DNA of 64,000 nucleotides from contig JAKFCT010000080.1 of assembly GCA_036676495.1 (NCBI GenBank), forward strand, positions 1-64,000, in the 5' to 3' direction. Positions 35,852 through 47,358 of the stretch are shown in pieces. How positions within the stretch are numbered: position 1 is the first letter of the stretch; each line of letters opens with the position of its first letter. The notes beneath the pieces were generated by a model, which was not told the DNA's origin, searched no databases, and saw only the letters and a list, made by a program, of their open reading frames with translations. This DNA comes from Candidatus Sericytochromatia bacterium (GTDB lineage: Bacteria; Cyanobacteriota; Sericytochromatia; S15B-MN24; UBA4093). Both the position numbers and the translations under genes were made by a program.

Positions 35852-37714
35852 TCAGAGGGGCTTGACGGTCAGGTAGCCTTGCATTTCCTGGTGCAATGCC
35901 GAGCAGAAGTTCGTGCAGTAGTAGGCATAGACTCCCGGTTTATTGGCGACGAACTTGACCGTCTTGGTCTCGCCGGGGTCCACGACCACGTTGATGTCGT
36001 ACTCGTTGAGGCCCCAGCCGTGGATCTCGTCGCGGGTTTGCTCCGCGTTGGTCAGGTGCACCGTCACGGTGTCGCCTTGCTGGACCTCGATGTTGCTGGG
36101 AGCGAAGAAGGTCCGGACCATGTAGAGCTTGACGTCGACGTTCTTGCCGCTGCGGGTGACCTTGGCATCGCCTGGAAGCCAGATGGAGTTGGGGTTCTTG
36201 TTCTCGGCCTTGGGGTAGACCTCGAGCACCTTGATGGCGTCCGCCTTCAGGAACTGGGCCGCGTGGGGCTCGGGCTCGGTGAAGGCCTCGTAGAGCATGG
36301 TCATCTTGTTGCCCGTGATGTCGATCAGCTGCGAGGACTCGGGCTTGGAGGGGCCGGTGTTGATCTGCCGTCCCTTGGAGATCTTGTTGAGGGAGACCAT
36401 GTACTTGCCGTAGGGGTTCGCGGTGTTGCCGCCCGCGACGGAGAGGTGGCCGACGTTGTAGGAGACGGGGATCTTGTCGATCACCTCCCAGGTGCCGATC
36501 TTCCACTTGGTGATCGCGCTCTCGAGGAAGAGCGAGGTGTAGCCGAAGCCCTGATCGTCGTACTCGGTGTGCAGGGGCCCCATGCCCACGGGCACCTCGG
36601 CGGTCTTGACGGATTCGAACTTGATGACGGGCACGCCGTCCTCATTGCCGGTGAAGTCCTTGTTGGCGATCGCCTGCTGCATCTTGGCGAACTCGAAGAT
36701 GGTCGTGACGGGAGCGAGCTTGCCCGAGGCAGCCATGTACTTGCCGTCCGGGGTCACGTCGACGCCGTGGGGGCTCGTGGGCGTGGGAAGCAGGTAGACG
36801 ATGTTCGGAACCTTCTTGGGATCCAGCACCGGCACGCCGTTCACCCGGTCGGCCTTCCCGGCCGCGACGGCGGCTGCGGCGGCCTTCCAGTCGAGGGCCA
36901 CGACGTAGTCCTTGGGATTCTTTGAGGCCGTGACCTCCAGGCGCCCGGTGGCGCGCTCGGAGTTGTAACACGTCCAGAAAGCCCAGCCCTCGGAGGGACC
37001 CTTTCCTGGGCTGCCGAGATCGTAGTTGAAGGGCGGCATCAGGACCTGGAAGCCGGTCGACATCTCGCCGGTCGTGTTATCGACCTTCACGCCGGAGACG
37101 ATGCCCTTGTACTTCTGGGCATATTCGCTGACCGGAGCATAGGTGTTCGGCACGGGCACGGAGAAGCGGGCGGCGGATAGGATGTACTCGGTGTTGCCGG
37201 TGACGAAGCTCGAGCCGTGGTTGCCCATCACGTTGGGGATCTTGAGGATCTGGTGGGTCTTCATGTCGTTGAGGTTGATGCGCGCGACCCGGTTGTTGCC
37301 GTTGTCGTTGACGAAGAGCCAGCGACCGTCGTAGTTGCTGTTCGTCTGGGAGAGGGCGGGATGGTGGACGTCGCCCCAGGTATAGCCGCCGAGCATCTGC
37401 TTGGTCTCTTCGTCGTAGCCGTAGCCGGTGGCCGGGTAGGGGGTGAAGACCGGGATGGTGGCGATGTGGCGCATGGAGGGGACGCCTGCCAGGTAGACCT
37501 GACCGGAATGCCCACCCGAGTAGAACAGGTAGTACTCGTCCAGTTGCCCGGGCGGGACGAAGGTGCGCGCGGCGGCATCCGCGGCGACGCGACTCTCCGC
37601 GCCGCCCTCGGCGCCTCGCTGTGCTTGCCGTTCGCCGGACGGTGCGCAACCGGCGAGCGTGAGCATGCCCGCTGCTGTCAGTAGTGCCGCCATTTGCTTC
37701 GAGTGGTCTCTCAT
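35852..37714 (-). CDS. nosZ: Sec-dependent (clade II) nitrous oxide reductase
   Basis: Seven CuZ His (DVHH, NHG, PHG, PLH, GH, EPH); CuA HGW...CTNFCSALHQEM; no Tat RR motif, lipobox LAGC; SGGHSGQ. Confidence 0.97.
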   Translation of the reverse strand: MRDHSKQMAALLTAAGMLTLAGCAPSGERQAQRGAEGGAESRVAADAAARTFVPPGQLDEYYLFYSGGHSGQVYLAGVPSMRHIATIPVFTPYPATGYGYDEETKQMLGGYTWGDVHHPALSQTNSNYDGRWLFVNDNGNNRVARINLNDMKTHQILKIPNVMGNHGSSFVTGNTEYILSAARFSVPVPNTYAPVSEYAQKYKGIVSGVKVDNTTGEMSTGFQVLMPPFNYDLGSPGKGPSEGWAFWTCYNSERATGRLEVTASKNPKDYVVALDWKAAAAAVAAGKADRVNGVPVLDPKKVPNIVYLLPTPTSPHGVDVTPDGKYMAASGKLAPVTTIFEFAKMQQAIANKDFTGNEDGVPVIKFESVKTAEVPVGMGPLHTEYDDQGFGYTSLFLESAITKWKIGTWEVIDKIPVSYNVGHLSVAGGNTANPYGKYMVSLNKISKGRQINTGPSKPESSQLIDITGNKMTMLYEAFTEPEPHAAQFLKADAIKVLEVYPKAENKNPNSIWLPGDAKVTRSGKNVDVKLYMVRTFFAPSNIEVQQGDTVTVHLTNAEQTRDEIHGWGLNEYDINVVVDPGETKTVKFVANKPGVYAYYCTNFCSALHQEMQGYLTVKPL

Positions 37715-37855
37715 TCGACGCCCCTTCTTTATCAGCTGGTTTGATTCCGCGACTCCGGGCTCGACCTTGCTGGACCGTGCTTCGACGCCGGGGACAAGCC
37801 TTCGCGCGCCCCGTGGAACCCCTGTCGAAAGCAGGAACGATGTCAGATTGTCACG

Positions 37856-37876
37856 TCAAGCAGGTTTTCTGCTTGA
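37856..37876. promoter_or_regulatory. Inverted repeat upstream of nosZ
   Basis: TCAAGCAG-GTTTT-CTGCTTGA in the AT-richer promoter region. Confidence 0.4.
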
Positions 37877-38088
37877 ATCCTGGACCTGCCATTTGTAACA
37901 AATCTTTTCGATTCATGCAAATACACGATTGAAGGTTGCGCGCAGGGAGGGGCAGCCCTCGGCATGCTTCGGCAGGCGTTTTGCCAGGCCAAGGGAAAGC
38001 AGGCGAGTGGCCGGCTGGGGCGGATTGGGGCGGATTGGTGCAGGTGCTTTGACGGGCAGGGCGCGTCGTGCGTCTCAGGGGACGGGCG

Positions 38089-38970
38089 TCACGGCAGGGG
38101 AATGAAGGCTTCGCGGTCGCCTGGTGGAAGGGCGATGCGGCCGGATTGCCAGTCGGCCTTGGCCTGCTCGATGCGCTCCTTGCTGGACGCCACGAAGTTC
38201 CACCAGATGTGACGGGGGCCGACGGGCTCGCCGCCCAGCAGCATGACGGTGGAGGGCTCGAGGGCTTCGAGGGTGGGGGAGGCGCCGGGGGCGAAGACGA
38301 GCATCTGGCCCCGAGGGTAGGCCTGGCCGGAGACCTCGATGCGGCCCCGGACGACGTACGCGGCGCGCTCTGGGTAGCCGGTCGGAAGCGGGGTCTGCGC
38401 GCCGGTCTGAAGCTCGACGTGAAGGTAGAACAGGGGCGAGTGCGTCTTCACGGGCGCGGTGACGCCGAAGGCCGAGCCCGCGATCAGGCGGCTGAAGGCG
38501 CCCGCGTCGTCGAAGGTCGGCAGAGCGGAGGTCGGGTGGTGGGCGAAGCCGGGCTCGCTTTCTTCGTCCTCGGTGGGAAGCGCCACCCAGGCCTGGAGCA
38601 ATTCGAGCGTGCCGCCATTCGCCTGGAACTCGCCTTCGAGGCGCTCGGAGTGGCTGACGCCCCGGCCCGCGATCATCCAGTTCACGTCTCCGGGCCGGAG
38701 CATCTGCTCGGCGCCGGTGCTGTCCCGGTGCATCATCTCGCCGGCGAGGAGATAGCTCACGGTCGAGAGGCCGGTATGAGGATGCGGCAAGACATCTGCC
38801 GCTGTCCCGAGGTTTGGGGCGACGGCGAGCGGGCCCGCGTGATCCAGGAAGGTGAACGGTCCCACCATCCGCTGTTCGCGGTAGGGCAGGACGCGGGCGA
38901 CCTCCATCGCTCCGATGTCGGCCTTGCGGGCCTGGATGATGCGGTTGAGCATCGGCATGGTTTCGCTCAT
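38089..38970 (-). CDS. Pirin family protein
   Basis: GPFTFLDH, PHPHTGL, HRDS, SHSE, WWNFV. Confidence 0.93.
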   Translation of the reverse strand: MSETMPMLNRIIQARKADIGAMEVARVLPYREQRMVGPFTFLDHAGPLAVAPNLGTAADVLPHPHTGLSTVSYLLAGEMMHRDSTGAEQMLRPGDVNWMIAGRGVSHSERLEGEFQANGGTLELLQAWVALPTEDEESEPGFAHHPTSALPTFDDAGAFSRLIAGSAFGVTAPVKTHSPLFYLHVELQTGAQTPLPTGYPERAAYVVRGRIEVSGQAYPRGQMLVFAPGASPTLEALEPSTVMLLGGEPVGPRHIWWNFVASSKERIEQAKADWQSGRIALPPGDREAFIPLP

Positions 38971-39299
38971 GGGGGTGTTTCCTTCGTTTCAGGGGCGCCT
39001 GCCCAGGTGCGAAGGGCGTCCAGGGCGGGGCGCAGGCCTTCCCCGCGTGGCGTCAAGCGGTAGGTGACTGCCAGGGGCGGGCCCGGGTCGACCTCGCGCT
39101 CGACGAGGCTGCATTCGGCGAGCTCGGTCAGGCGCTCATCGAGCATGCGCTTGGAGATCTGCGGAATCGCGCGCGCGATCTCGTTGAACCGCGCGGGCCG
39201 CTGCAGCAAGACGTCGATGATGGGCCCCATCCAGCGTTTCCCCAGCATGCGGAAAACGGCTTCGGTGTACGGACAGGCATGAAGGTCGAACGCAGTCAT
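38967..39299 (-). CDS. HxlR/DUF24 (MarR-like) regulator
   Basis: CP...LGKRW...RFNEI...ISKRML..RL..L...P..VTYRLT..G. Confidence 0.92.
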   Translation of the reverse strand: MTAFDLHACPYTEAVFRMLGKRWMGPIIDVLLQRPARFNEIARAIPQISKRMLDERLTELAECSLVEREVDPGPPLAVTYRLTPRGEGLRPALDALRTWAGAPETKETPP

Positions 39300-39434
39300 A
39301 AGGGTAATTTACCCCACCAGGTTACTATTGACAACCTCGTTCAGCGGGTGTTTGGATGGTGCTAATCGTCGCGTAATATCCCCATGGTAGACATGGGGGA
39401 AAGCCCGGCCCCGACGTCTCGACGGAGTTTCCAG

Positions 39435-40277
39435 ATGAGCATCGCGTTCTCGCCCCTCCTCCCCACCGTGAATGCCAACCTCGGTGCCGGGTTCTCCGCC
39501 AACCGGATCGTCACGGCGCAGGTGGCGGCCCTGATGCAGCCGGTGATGGGGATGGATCACTTCCTCATGAGTGACGTCACGTTCGCTCCGCATCCGCATG
39601 CGGGCTTCTCGGCGGTCTCCTATGTCTTCGAGAGTTCCCCCGGCCGTCTCCGCAACCGGGACTCCTTGGGCAACGACTTCGAGATGGGGGCCGGCGGGCT
39701 GATCTGGACCCAGGCCGCCCGGGGAGTCGTTCACGACGAGCGCCCCGCCGAGCTGGGCAAAGCCGTGCATGGCGTCCAGATCTTCGTGAACCTCAGCTCC
39801 AAGAGCAAGGGCCTCACCCCGCGGGTCTTCCGGCTCGAGGGGAGTGACGTGCCGGTCTGGAAGGACGACGCGGGCGATCGCGTCCGGGTCGTCGTCGGCG
39901 CCTTCGGGGGCGTGAAGTCGCCCGTCGTGCCCGCGGAGCCCTTTCAGCTGCTGGACATCAAGCTGGAGCGGGAGATCGCGCTTCCCCTGGAGGCGGGCTG
40001 GAACGCCGTTCTTTACGTGCTCTCCGGCGAGGTCGCGCTCGCGACGGAGGGGGTGACGAGCCAGGTGGGGGAAGGGCAGGCGATCGCCCTGAGCGGCGAG
40101 GGGTCGGTCATGCTGACTGCCAAGAAGCCGGCTCAAGTGCTGGTGATGGCGGGCGTCGCGGTCGACGAGCCCATCGTCTCGTACGGCCCGTTCATCATGA
40201 ACACCGAGGCGCAAGTCGCCGAGGCGGTCCATCGCTTCCAGCAAGGGGGGATGGGGCACCTGGAGCCGCTGCCTTAA
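39435..40277 (+). CDS. Pirin family protein
   Basis: PHPHAGFSAVSY, NRDSLG, VVHDE, EPIVSYGPFIMN. Confidence 0.92.
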   Translation: MSIAFSPLLPTVNANLGAGFSANRIVTAQVAALMQPVMGMDHFLMSDVTFAPHPHAGFSAVSYVFESSPGRLRNRDSLGNDFEMGAGGLIWTQAARGVVHDERPAELGKAVHGVQIFVNLSSKSKGLTPRVFRLEGSDVPVWKDDAGDRVRVVVGAFGGVKSPVVPAEPFQLLDIKLEREIALPLEAGWNAVLYVLSGEVALATEGVTSQVGEGQAIALSGEGSVMLTAKKPAQVLVMAGVAVDEPIVSYGPFIMNTEAQVAEAVHRFQQGGMGHLEPLP

Positions 40278-40410
40278 CACGGATCCCTCGCTCCCATGGG
40301 GGGAAGCCCGATCTTTTGGGGATCGGCGCTTTGTGCTACTGTGGCATGAGACGGGTAATCCGTGTCATTGCGGGATTACCGACGTAACTGTAGGTGCAAG
40401 AGCGGAGCCG

Positions 40411-41781
<1,371 letters not shown>

Positions 41782-42017
41782 AGTTAACGTCGTTTCTACA
41801 GGTCAGCTACGCTTTACCACTAAAGCCGCTGGCGCTTCGAAACAGCCGCTGGCGCTAGCCCGTTTCGCGGGCGATGCTCGTGCAGCATGCCCTCGCTTCT
41901 TTGCCGGCTTATGAGTAGCATGGGAGGCGAGCGCTCGCGCCGGTTCCGTCGCGCCCCGGTGGGGACGACAGGCCGAGACGCCCAGCGGAAGCCAGAAGCT
42001 GCCAGAGGAGAGTCACG

Positions 42018-42500
42018 ATGAACCTGCGCGCGGTCTTTTTAGCCTCGACCTTGGCCTTGGGCCTGTCCGGCTGCGGGGATCTGCGGGGGCTTTGGACCTC
42101 GGTATTGCCTCGACCAGCCGATCCGGAAGTCCGGTGGGTTTCCGAGAGCACGGAGATCCTGGACCTGCGGGGGCCGGCGGCAGCGCGGATTGGGACGCCG
42201 GTGGCCTTGACGGTCCAGGTGGTGATCGGCAGCAGCAGTTGCAACCGGGCGGGCGAGGTGCTTCTCGACGTGGACGATGCGGCGCGGACGGTGACGGTGC
42301 GGGCCACGCGGCTGGCGGCGCAGGCGGATCCGCCGATTCCCTGCACGGATGATTACGGCTGGAAGAGCCAGACGGCGTCGTTCACTCCGGCGCAGGCGGG
42401 GACGTACCGGGTCGTGGCGGAGCGGTACAAGCCGGGCTTCGCGGCTCCGGGCGAGCCGGAGCCGCGCGGCGAGCTGTCGATCGTGGTCTCGGCCGAGTAA
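42018..42500 (+). CDS. Hypothetical lipoprotein (paralog of 1564..2097)
   Basis: GAGGAG RBS, lipobox LSGC, DVDDAARTVTV...PC...AGTYRV. Confidence 0.72.
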   Translation: MNLRAVFLASTLALGLSGCGDLRGLWTSVLPRPADPEVRWVSESTEILDLRGPAAARIGTPVALTVQVVIGSSSCNRAGEVLLDVDDAARTVTVRATRLAAQADPPIPCTDDYGWKSQTASFTPAQAGTYRVVAERYKPGFAAPGEPEPRGELSIVVSAE

Positions 42501-42685
42501 CTTCGGGGGATCTCCCGGCCCGCGGCGGCGGCCGTCCTTTGCTTGGTTGCTCTGCATGCGGTTCGTGCACGTTGGGCTCGCGTCTTCGCGGGCGCGCGCT
42601 TAGCATAGGGGCAGGACGCGCGCCGGTATCCGGCAGGAGCATCGGCGCGAGCCGGCAGGACGTCCGTTCGCGGGGGAAAGGCGCC

Positions 42686-42874
42686 ATGGAAGAGCCGGAT
42701 GCCACGCCCTGGGGCCTCATGCTGATCATGGCGCTCGTCATGCTCAGCTATCCGTGGCTTGCGATCTTCAATCAACGCTTGCCCCTCCTCGGGGTGCCGC
42801 TGGTCCTGCTCTACGTGTTCGGCGTTTGGGGCGGGCTGATCGTGCTCTCGTTGCTCTACCGCCCGCGACGGTGA
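42686..42874 (+). CDS. Small 2-TM protein preceding the SLC5-fused kinase
   Basis: 62 aa, SYPWLAIFN...GVPLVLLYVFGVW; such small proteins commonly precede Na+:solute-symporter-like genes. Confidence 0.7.
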   Translation: MEEPDATPWGLMLIMALVMLSYPWLAIFNQRLPLLGVPLVLLYVFGVWGGLIVLSLLYRPRR

Positions 42875-42879
42875 CGCCC

Positions 42880-45800
42880 ATGGCCGTGCTCGTCGCGCTT
42901 CTCCTGGCCTTCCTCGCCTACCTCGCGCTGCTCTTTCTCGTCGCGTACCGGGTCGAGACGCACCGCGGCTGGCTCGCCAAGCTTCCCGCCCATCCGGGCA
43001 TCTACGCGCTCTCCCTCACGGTCTTTTTCACCGGCTGGGGCTACTTCAGCTCCGGAAGCTCGACCCTCGACGTGGGCTTGCCGTTCACGGCCACCTACGT
43101 CGGAGCCAGCCTCACGCTGCTCTTCGGCTGGCCCATTCTCAGGCGAGCCATTCGAATCGCCAAGATCCACCGGGTCACCACCCTCCCGGGACTCTTGTCC
43201 GTTCGCTTCGGTCACTCGTTCTGGCTCACGAGCCTGGTCGCCATGCTGCTGCTCGTCGGAACGCTGCCTTACCTCGCCTTGCAGATCAGCGCGCTCGGCT
43301 TCGCCCTGAAGACGATCGTGGCGGATCCCGCCCTGCTCGATCCGCGAGAGGAACAGGGCGTGGTGCTCTTGCTGACCTTCGTGCTCGCCCTCTTCGCGAT
43401 TGCCTTTGGCGTGCGCCGAGCCGACCCCACCCAGGGAAACCCGGGAATCGTGGTCTCCCTGGCCATCGACGGCATCGTGAAGCTGTTCGCCCTGCTCGCC
43501 GTGGCCTTCTTCGTCTACGCGAACCAGCCCCAGCTGTTCGCCATGCTCTCGCATCCCGACGCCTGGCCCCACTTGCTCCTCGGCAGCACGCCTCAAAACT
43601 CCTACGCCAACTGGCTCGGCTTCCTGTTGCTCAGCATGGTGGCCATGCCCCTGCTGCCGCACATGTACCACCTCCTGGTGGTGGAAAGCTCCGATGCACA
43701 GCAAGTGGTCGACGTCCGCGGGGTCCTGCCGGCTTACTCCTGGCTCGCTCACCTCCTGACGCTGCTGATCGCCCTCGCGGGCGTGGCGATCGGCCTCCGA
43801 GGGCCGGAAAATCAGATCGCGATCTTGGTGATCCCGCTGTTGGCCGACCAGCCCCTCTTGCTGCTAATCGCTTACCTGGGCGGAATCGCGGCCTCCGCGG
43901 GGATGGCGATCGCCGTCTTCGTCGCCCTGACCAATCTCATCACCGCGGACCTGGTCCTGCCCCTGCTCAGCCGCATGACCACCCGCCTGGGCCCCCTCTT
44001 GATCCCCTTGCGCTGGCTGATCCTCCTGGGAGTCGCGGGGCTGGCCTTCGTCGTCTGGGACTTCACCGACGTCACCTTCCTCAGCCAGTTCGGCTTGATC
44101 TCCTTCGTGGCCGCCGCTCAGCTCGCTCCCGCCTTCTTCTTGGGGCTTTGCTGGGCGCGCCTGCAACGTGGAGCCGTGCTCTGGGGGATCGCGGCGGGTG
44201 CCTTGGCGTGGCTTTACACCTCCTTCTTGCCGAGCTTCGCGGAAGCCTCGCCTTTGATCGCCCGCTGGGTCGCGCAGGGCCCCTTCGGTTGGGCCTTCCT
44301 GCGTCCCCACTCCCTCTTCGGCTTGCAGGGACTGGATCCGGCCGTTCATGCCGTCTACTGGAGCACCTTGCTCAACCTGACGGCGATCGCCGTCTACACC
44401 CTCATTCGCCCCGCCGCCAAGGAGGAGATCGCGCATGTCGAAGCCCTTTTCCAGGGGAAACCCTCCTTGTCCGCGCTCTACCACCGCTTCATCCGGATGC
44501 TCTCCTTCCCCGAACTGGAAGCCGTTCTCGTGAAATACCTCGGCGAGGAGCAGGCACGAGAGCACATGGAGCGGATTCGCCTGGATCTCGAAGGCCTCGA
44601 TCTGCCTCCGGAGTCCAAGCTGCTCATGGCCCGAAACGCCCTCCAGCGAGCCTTGAGCGGGCCGCTCGGCGCCAGCGTGGCGGCCGACATCGTCCGGCGG
44701 GAGTTCCCCGTCTCGGACAAGGTCGTCCCGGATGCGTTCGAGGCCTACCAGAAGCTGGAACTGATGCTGCGCACCAGCCGGGAAGACCTCGCGAGCCGGC
44801 TGCGGGAGCTTTCGCTGATCAATGCCATTTCCGAGCGGCTGGTGGCGGCCCGGGACCGACGTCAGGTCATGGAGGCCGCGATCGGCCAACTCTGGGAAGG
44901 CCTTCACTTCGAGCGGGTCGGAGCCGTGATCGTCGAGCGGGACGAGAGCGCGCTCTGCTACCTCAGGGGCTTCCAGCACTTCGAAGAGGGCCCTTTCGCT
45001 GTCACGGAGGACTCGGCCATGGCGGAGGCCCTGCGGCATCGGCAGCTTCGCGTGCTTTCGGCCGGCCAAAGCGACGATCCGATCCTCGTCGGCGAGGGCG
45101 CCAAGACCCTGATCTACGTGCCGCTCGTCTTCGAGAACGAGAACCTGGGCGTGCTCATCTGCGGCATGGTCACGACGGCGCTGGTCGTCTCGCCCAGCCT
45201 CCGGAGCGTGCTGAGATCGGTCGCCAATACGCTGGCCATTTCGCTGTCGGATGCCCGCCACCGCGAGGAGGAGGAGCGGCTGCGCCGGCAACTGGCCACG
45301 GCGCTCGCCAACCTCGGGGACGCGGTGGTCGTTTTCGATTCCCAGCGCCGGATCATCCTGACCAACCCGGCCTTCCAGCGGCTGGGGCTATTTGCCGCGT
45401 CGGAGGATCCGCGCGGGCGCGATCTCATCACGCTCATCCTGAGCTTGGGGGTTCGGGATCTCTCGGGCCAGCCCCTCACGCGGGAGCGCTTACCCGCATG
45501 CCTGGCTCTCGCCGGAGAAACGGCCCATCTGACGGTTCGTCTCGACAAAGGCGACGGGACGGAGCGCATCCTCTCCATCACCAGCGTTCCCGTGAAGGAT
45601 GCGCAAGGCCGCGTCGTCCAGGCCGTCAGCGTCTACCGGGACATCACGGAGCTGTACCACCTGAAGGAGGATCTGGAGCGACGGGTCCAGGAGCGGACGG
45701 ACGAGCTCGCGCAGGAGCGGGATCTCCTCAAGGCGGCCAATGATAAGCTGGGGCAAGCGCTCGAGGAGCTCCGCAACCTCGATCGCTTGAAGGGAACGTT

Positions 45801-46476
45801 CGTCAATGCCATCTCGCATGATCTCCGGATCCCCCTCACGGGCATCGCCGGGTACGCGGAGTTCCTCGAAGACGAGATCGGGGGCCCGCTGGCGCCGCAA
45901 CAGCGGGAGTTCGCGCGGGAGATTCAGCGGGCTGTGGCGCGCATGGCGCGCCTCCTCAACGATCTTCTCGATTTTGCCCGGGTCGAGGCCGGGAAATTCA
46001 CGATCGAGCCCAGCGAGATCGAGCTGGAGGGACTGCTGCGCGACACGGCGGCCTCGTTCCGGCCCACGGCGGAGAAGAAAGGCCTGCGCCTCGTCCTGGA
46101 CCTGGCGGAGGGGCTGCCGAGAGTCTGGGCGGACCCGGGACGCGTCACGCAGATCGTGAGCAATCTCCTGAGCAATGCCGTCAAGTTCACGCCCGAGGGG
46201 GGCGAGGTGCGTCTCAAGGCCTACCCGGAGGATGCCGTCGTCGCGACCGAGGTCACGGATACGGGGCAAGGCATCCCCCCGGAAGCCATGCCGCATCTCT
46301 TCGAGCGCTTCTTCCAGACCGAAGCCGGCGTCCGGGCCGGTGGAACCGGCCTGGGACTCCCGATAGCCAAGGGGCTGGTCGAGGCGCAAGGGGGGACCAT
46401 GACGGTCGAGTCCGTCGAAGGTGTGGGCTCGACCTTCCGCTTCACGCTGCCGAAGGCTGTCCCCGGTGAGCCTTGA
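42880..46476 (+). CDS. SLC5 (Na+:solute symporter)-fused sensor histidine kinase, CrbS/CbrA-like
   Basis: N-terminal multi-TM SSS-like domain (YALSL..FFTGW, LSVRFG, LPYLALQ, QLAPA), STAC-like LSGPLGASVA, GAF, PAS, SHDLRIPL H-box, HATPase. Confidence 0.88.
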   Translation: MAVLVALLLAFLAYLALLFLVAYRVETHRGWLAKLPAHPGIYALSLTVFFTGWGYFSSGSSTLDVGLPFTATYVGASLTLLFGWPILRRAIRIAKIHRVTTLPGLLSVRFGHSFWLTSLVAMLLLVGTLPYLALQISALGFALKTIVADPALLDPREEQGVVLLLTFVLALFAIAFGVRRADPTQGNPGIVVSLAIDGIVKLFALLAVAFFVYANQPQLFAMLSHPDAWPHLLLGSTPQNSYANWLGFLLLSMVAMPLLPHMYHLLVVESSDAQQVVDVRGVLPAYSWLAHLLTLLIALAGVAIGLRGPENQIAILVIPLLADQPLLLLIAYLGGIAASAGMAIAVFVALTNLITADLVLPLLSRMTTRLGPLLIPLRWLILLGVAGLAFVVWDFTDVTFLSQFGLISFVAAAQLAPAFFLGLCWARLQRGAVLWGIAAGALAWLYTSFLPSFAEASPLIARWVAQGPFGWAFLRPHSLFGLQGLDPAVHAVYWSTLLNLTAIAVYTLIRPAAKEEIAHVEALFQGKPSLSALYHRFIRMLSFPELEAVLVKYLGEEQAREHMERIRLDLEGLDLPPESKLLMARNALQRALSGPLGASVAADIVRREFPVSDKVVPDAFEAYQKLELMLRTSREDLASRLRELSLINAISERLVAARDRRQVMEAAIGQLWEGLHFERVGAVIVERDESALCYLRGFQHFEEGPFAVTEDSAMAEALRHRQLRVLSAGQSDDPILVGEGAKTLIYVPLVFENENLGVLICGMVTTALVVSPSLRSVLRSVANTLAISLSDARHREEEERLRRQLATALANLGDAVVVFDSQRRIILTNPAFQRLGLFAASEDPRGRDLITLILSLGVRDLSGQPLTRERLPACLALAGETAHLTVRLDKGDGTERILSITSVPVKDAQGRVVQAVSVYRDITELYHLKEDLERRVQERTDELAQERDLLKAANDKLGQALEELRNLDRLKGTFVNAISHDLRIPLTGIAGYAEFLEDEIGGPLAPQQREFAREIQRAVARMARLLNDLLDFARVEAGKFTIEPSEIELEGLLRDTAASFRPTAEKKGLRLVLDLAEGLPRVWADPGRVTQIVSNLLSNAVKFTPEGGEVRLKAYPEDAVVATEVTDTGQGIPPEAMPHLFERFFQTEAGVRAGGTGLGLPIAKGLVEAQGGTMTVESVEGVGSTFRFTLPKAVPGEP

Positions 46477-46515
46477 GCGAGACCCCTGCGGCTGAGCGAC
46501 GGAACGTGCCGGTGC

Positions 46516-47298
46516 TTACTGAGCGGTGTAGCCGCCATCCACGACGACTGCTTGCCCGGTCACTCCTCCGGCCTTGGGGCTGCCCAGGAAGAGGGCGTAG
46601 TCGGCGATTTCCTGGACGTCGAGCAGGCGCTGCTGGGGGACGAGCGGGTAGATGACCTCTTCGAGGACTTTCTCCAGGGGGACGTTGCGGGTCTTCGAGA
46701 GGTCGCTGAGCTGGTTGCGGACGAGCGGGGTGTCGACGTAGCCGGGGCAGAGGGCGTTGACCGTGATGCCGTGGGCGGCCCCTTCCAGGGCGGCCACCTT
46801 GGTCAGGCCGATCACGCCGTGCTTGGCGCTGTTGTAGGCGGCCTTGCCCGCAAAACCCACCAGGCCGTTGATGGATGCGACGTTCAGCACCCGGCCGTAG
46901 CCCTGGCGCTTCATCACCGGGAACGCGTGCTTGATGGCCGTGAACGGGGCCACCAGCAGGACCTTGATCATCTGCTCGAATTTCTCGGTGGGGAAGTCCT
47001 CGATGGGCGAGACGAACTGGAGGCCGGCGTTGTTGATGAGCACGTCCAGTCGCCCGAACACTTCCACCGTGCCCTCGATGGCGGCTTGAAGCTGCGACTC
47101 GTCGGAGACGTCACAGCCCAAGCCCAGTGCTTCGCTGCCTTTGGCCTGGAGTTCGGCGGCGAAAGCTTGGGCTTTGCCGCGATCTAGGTCGGCGATGGCG
47201 AGCTTGGCGCCGGCCGCGGCGAAGCTTTCGGCGAGCGCCTTGCCGATCCCGCTGGCTCCGCCGGTGATGAAGACGACCCGATTCTGATATCCGTACAT
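46516..47298 (-). CDS. bdhA: D-3-hydroxybutyrate dehydrogenase (SDR)
   Basis: TGGASGIG, NNAGLQFVSPIEDFP, KAAYNSAKHG, CPGYVDTPLV. Confidence 0.9.
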   Translation of the reverse strand: MYGYQNRVVFITGGASGIGKALAESFAAAGAKLAIADLDRGKAQAFAAELQAKGSEALGLGCDVSDESQLQAAIEGTVEVFGRLDVLINNAGLQFVSPIEDFPTEKFEQMIKVLLVAPFTAIKHAFPVMKRQGYGRVLNVASINGLVGFAGKAAYNSAKHGVIGLTKVAALEGAAHGITVNALCPGYVDTPLVRNQLSDLSKTRNVPLEKVLEEVIYPLVPQQRLLDVQEIADYALFLGSPKAGGVTGQAVVVDGGYTAQ

Positions 47299-47358
47299 GG
47301 GGTTTCTCCTCGTTGATAGGGTGAGCGCTCGTGGCTGTCCTGAGCCACGCAGGGCGCG

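Noticed and set aside
40354-40380. GGTAATCC-N11-GGATTACC inverted repeat upstream of the kinase
   Set aside because: Single short repeat without supporting context; could be chance or a weak hairpin
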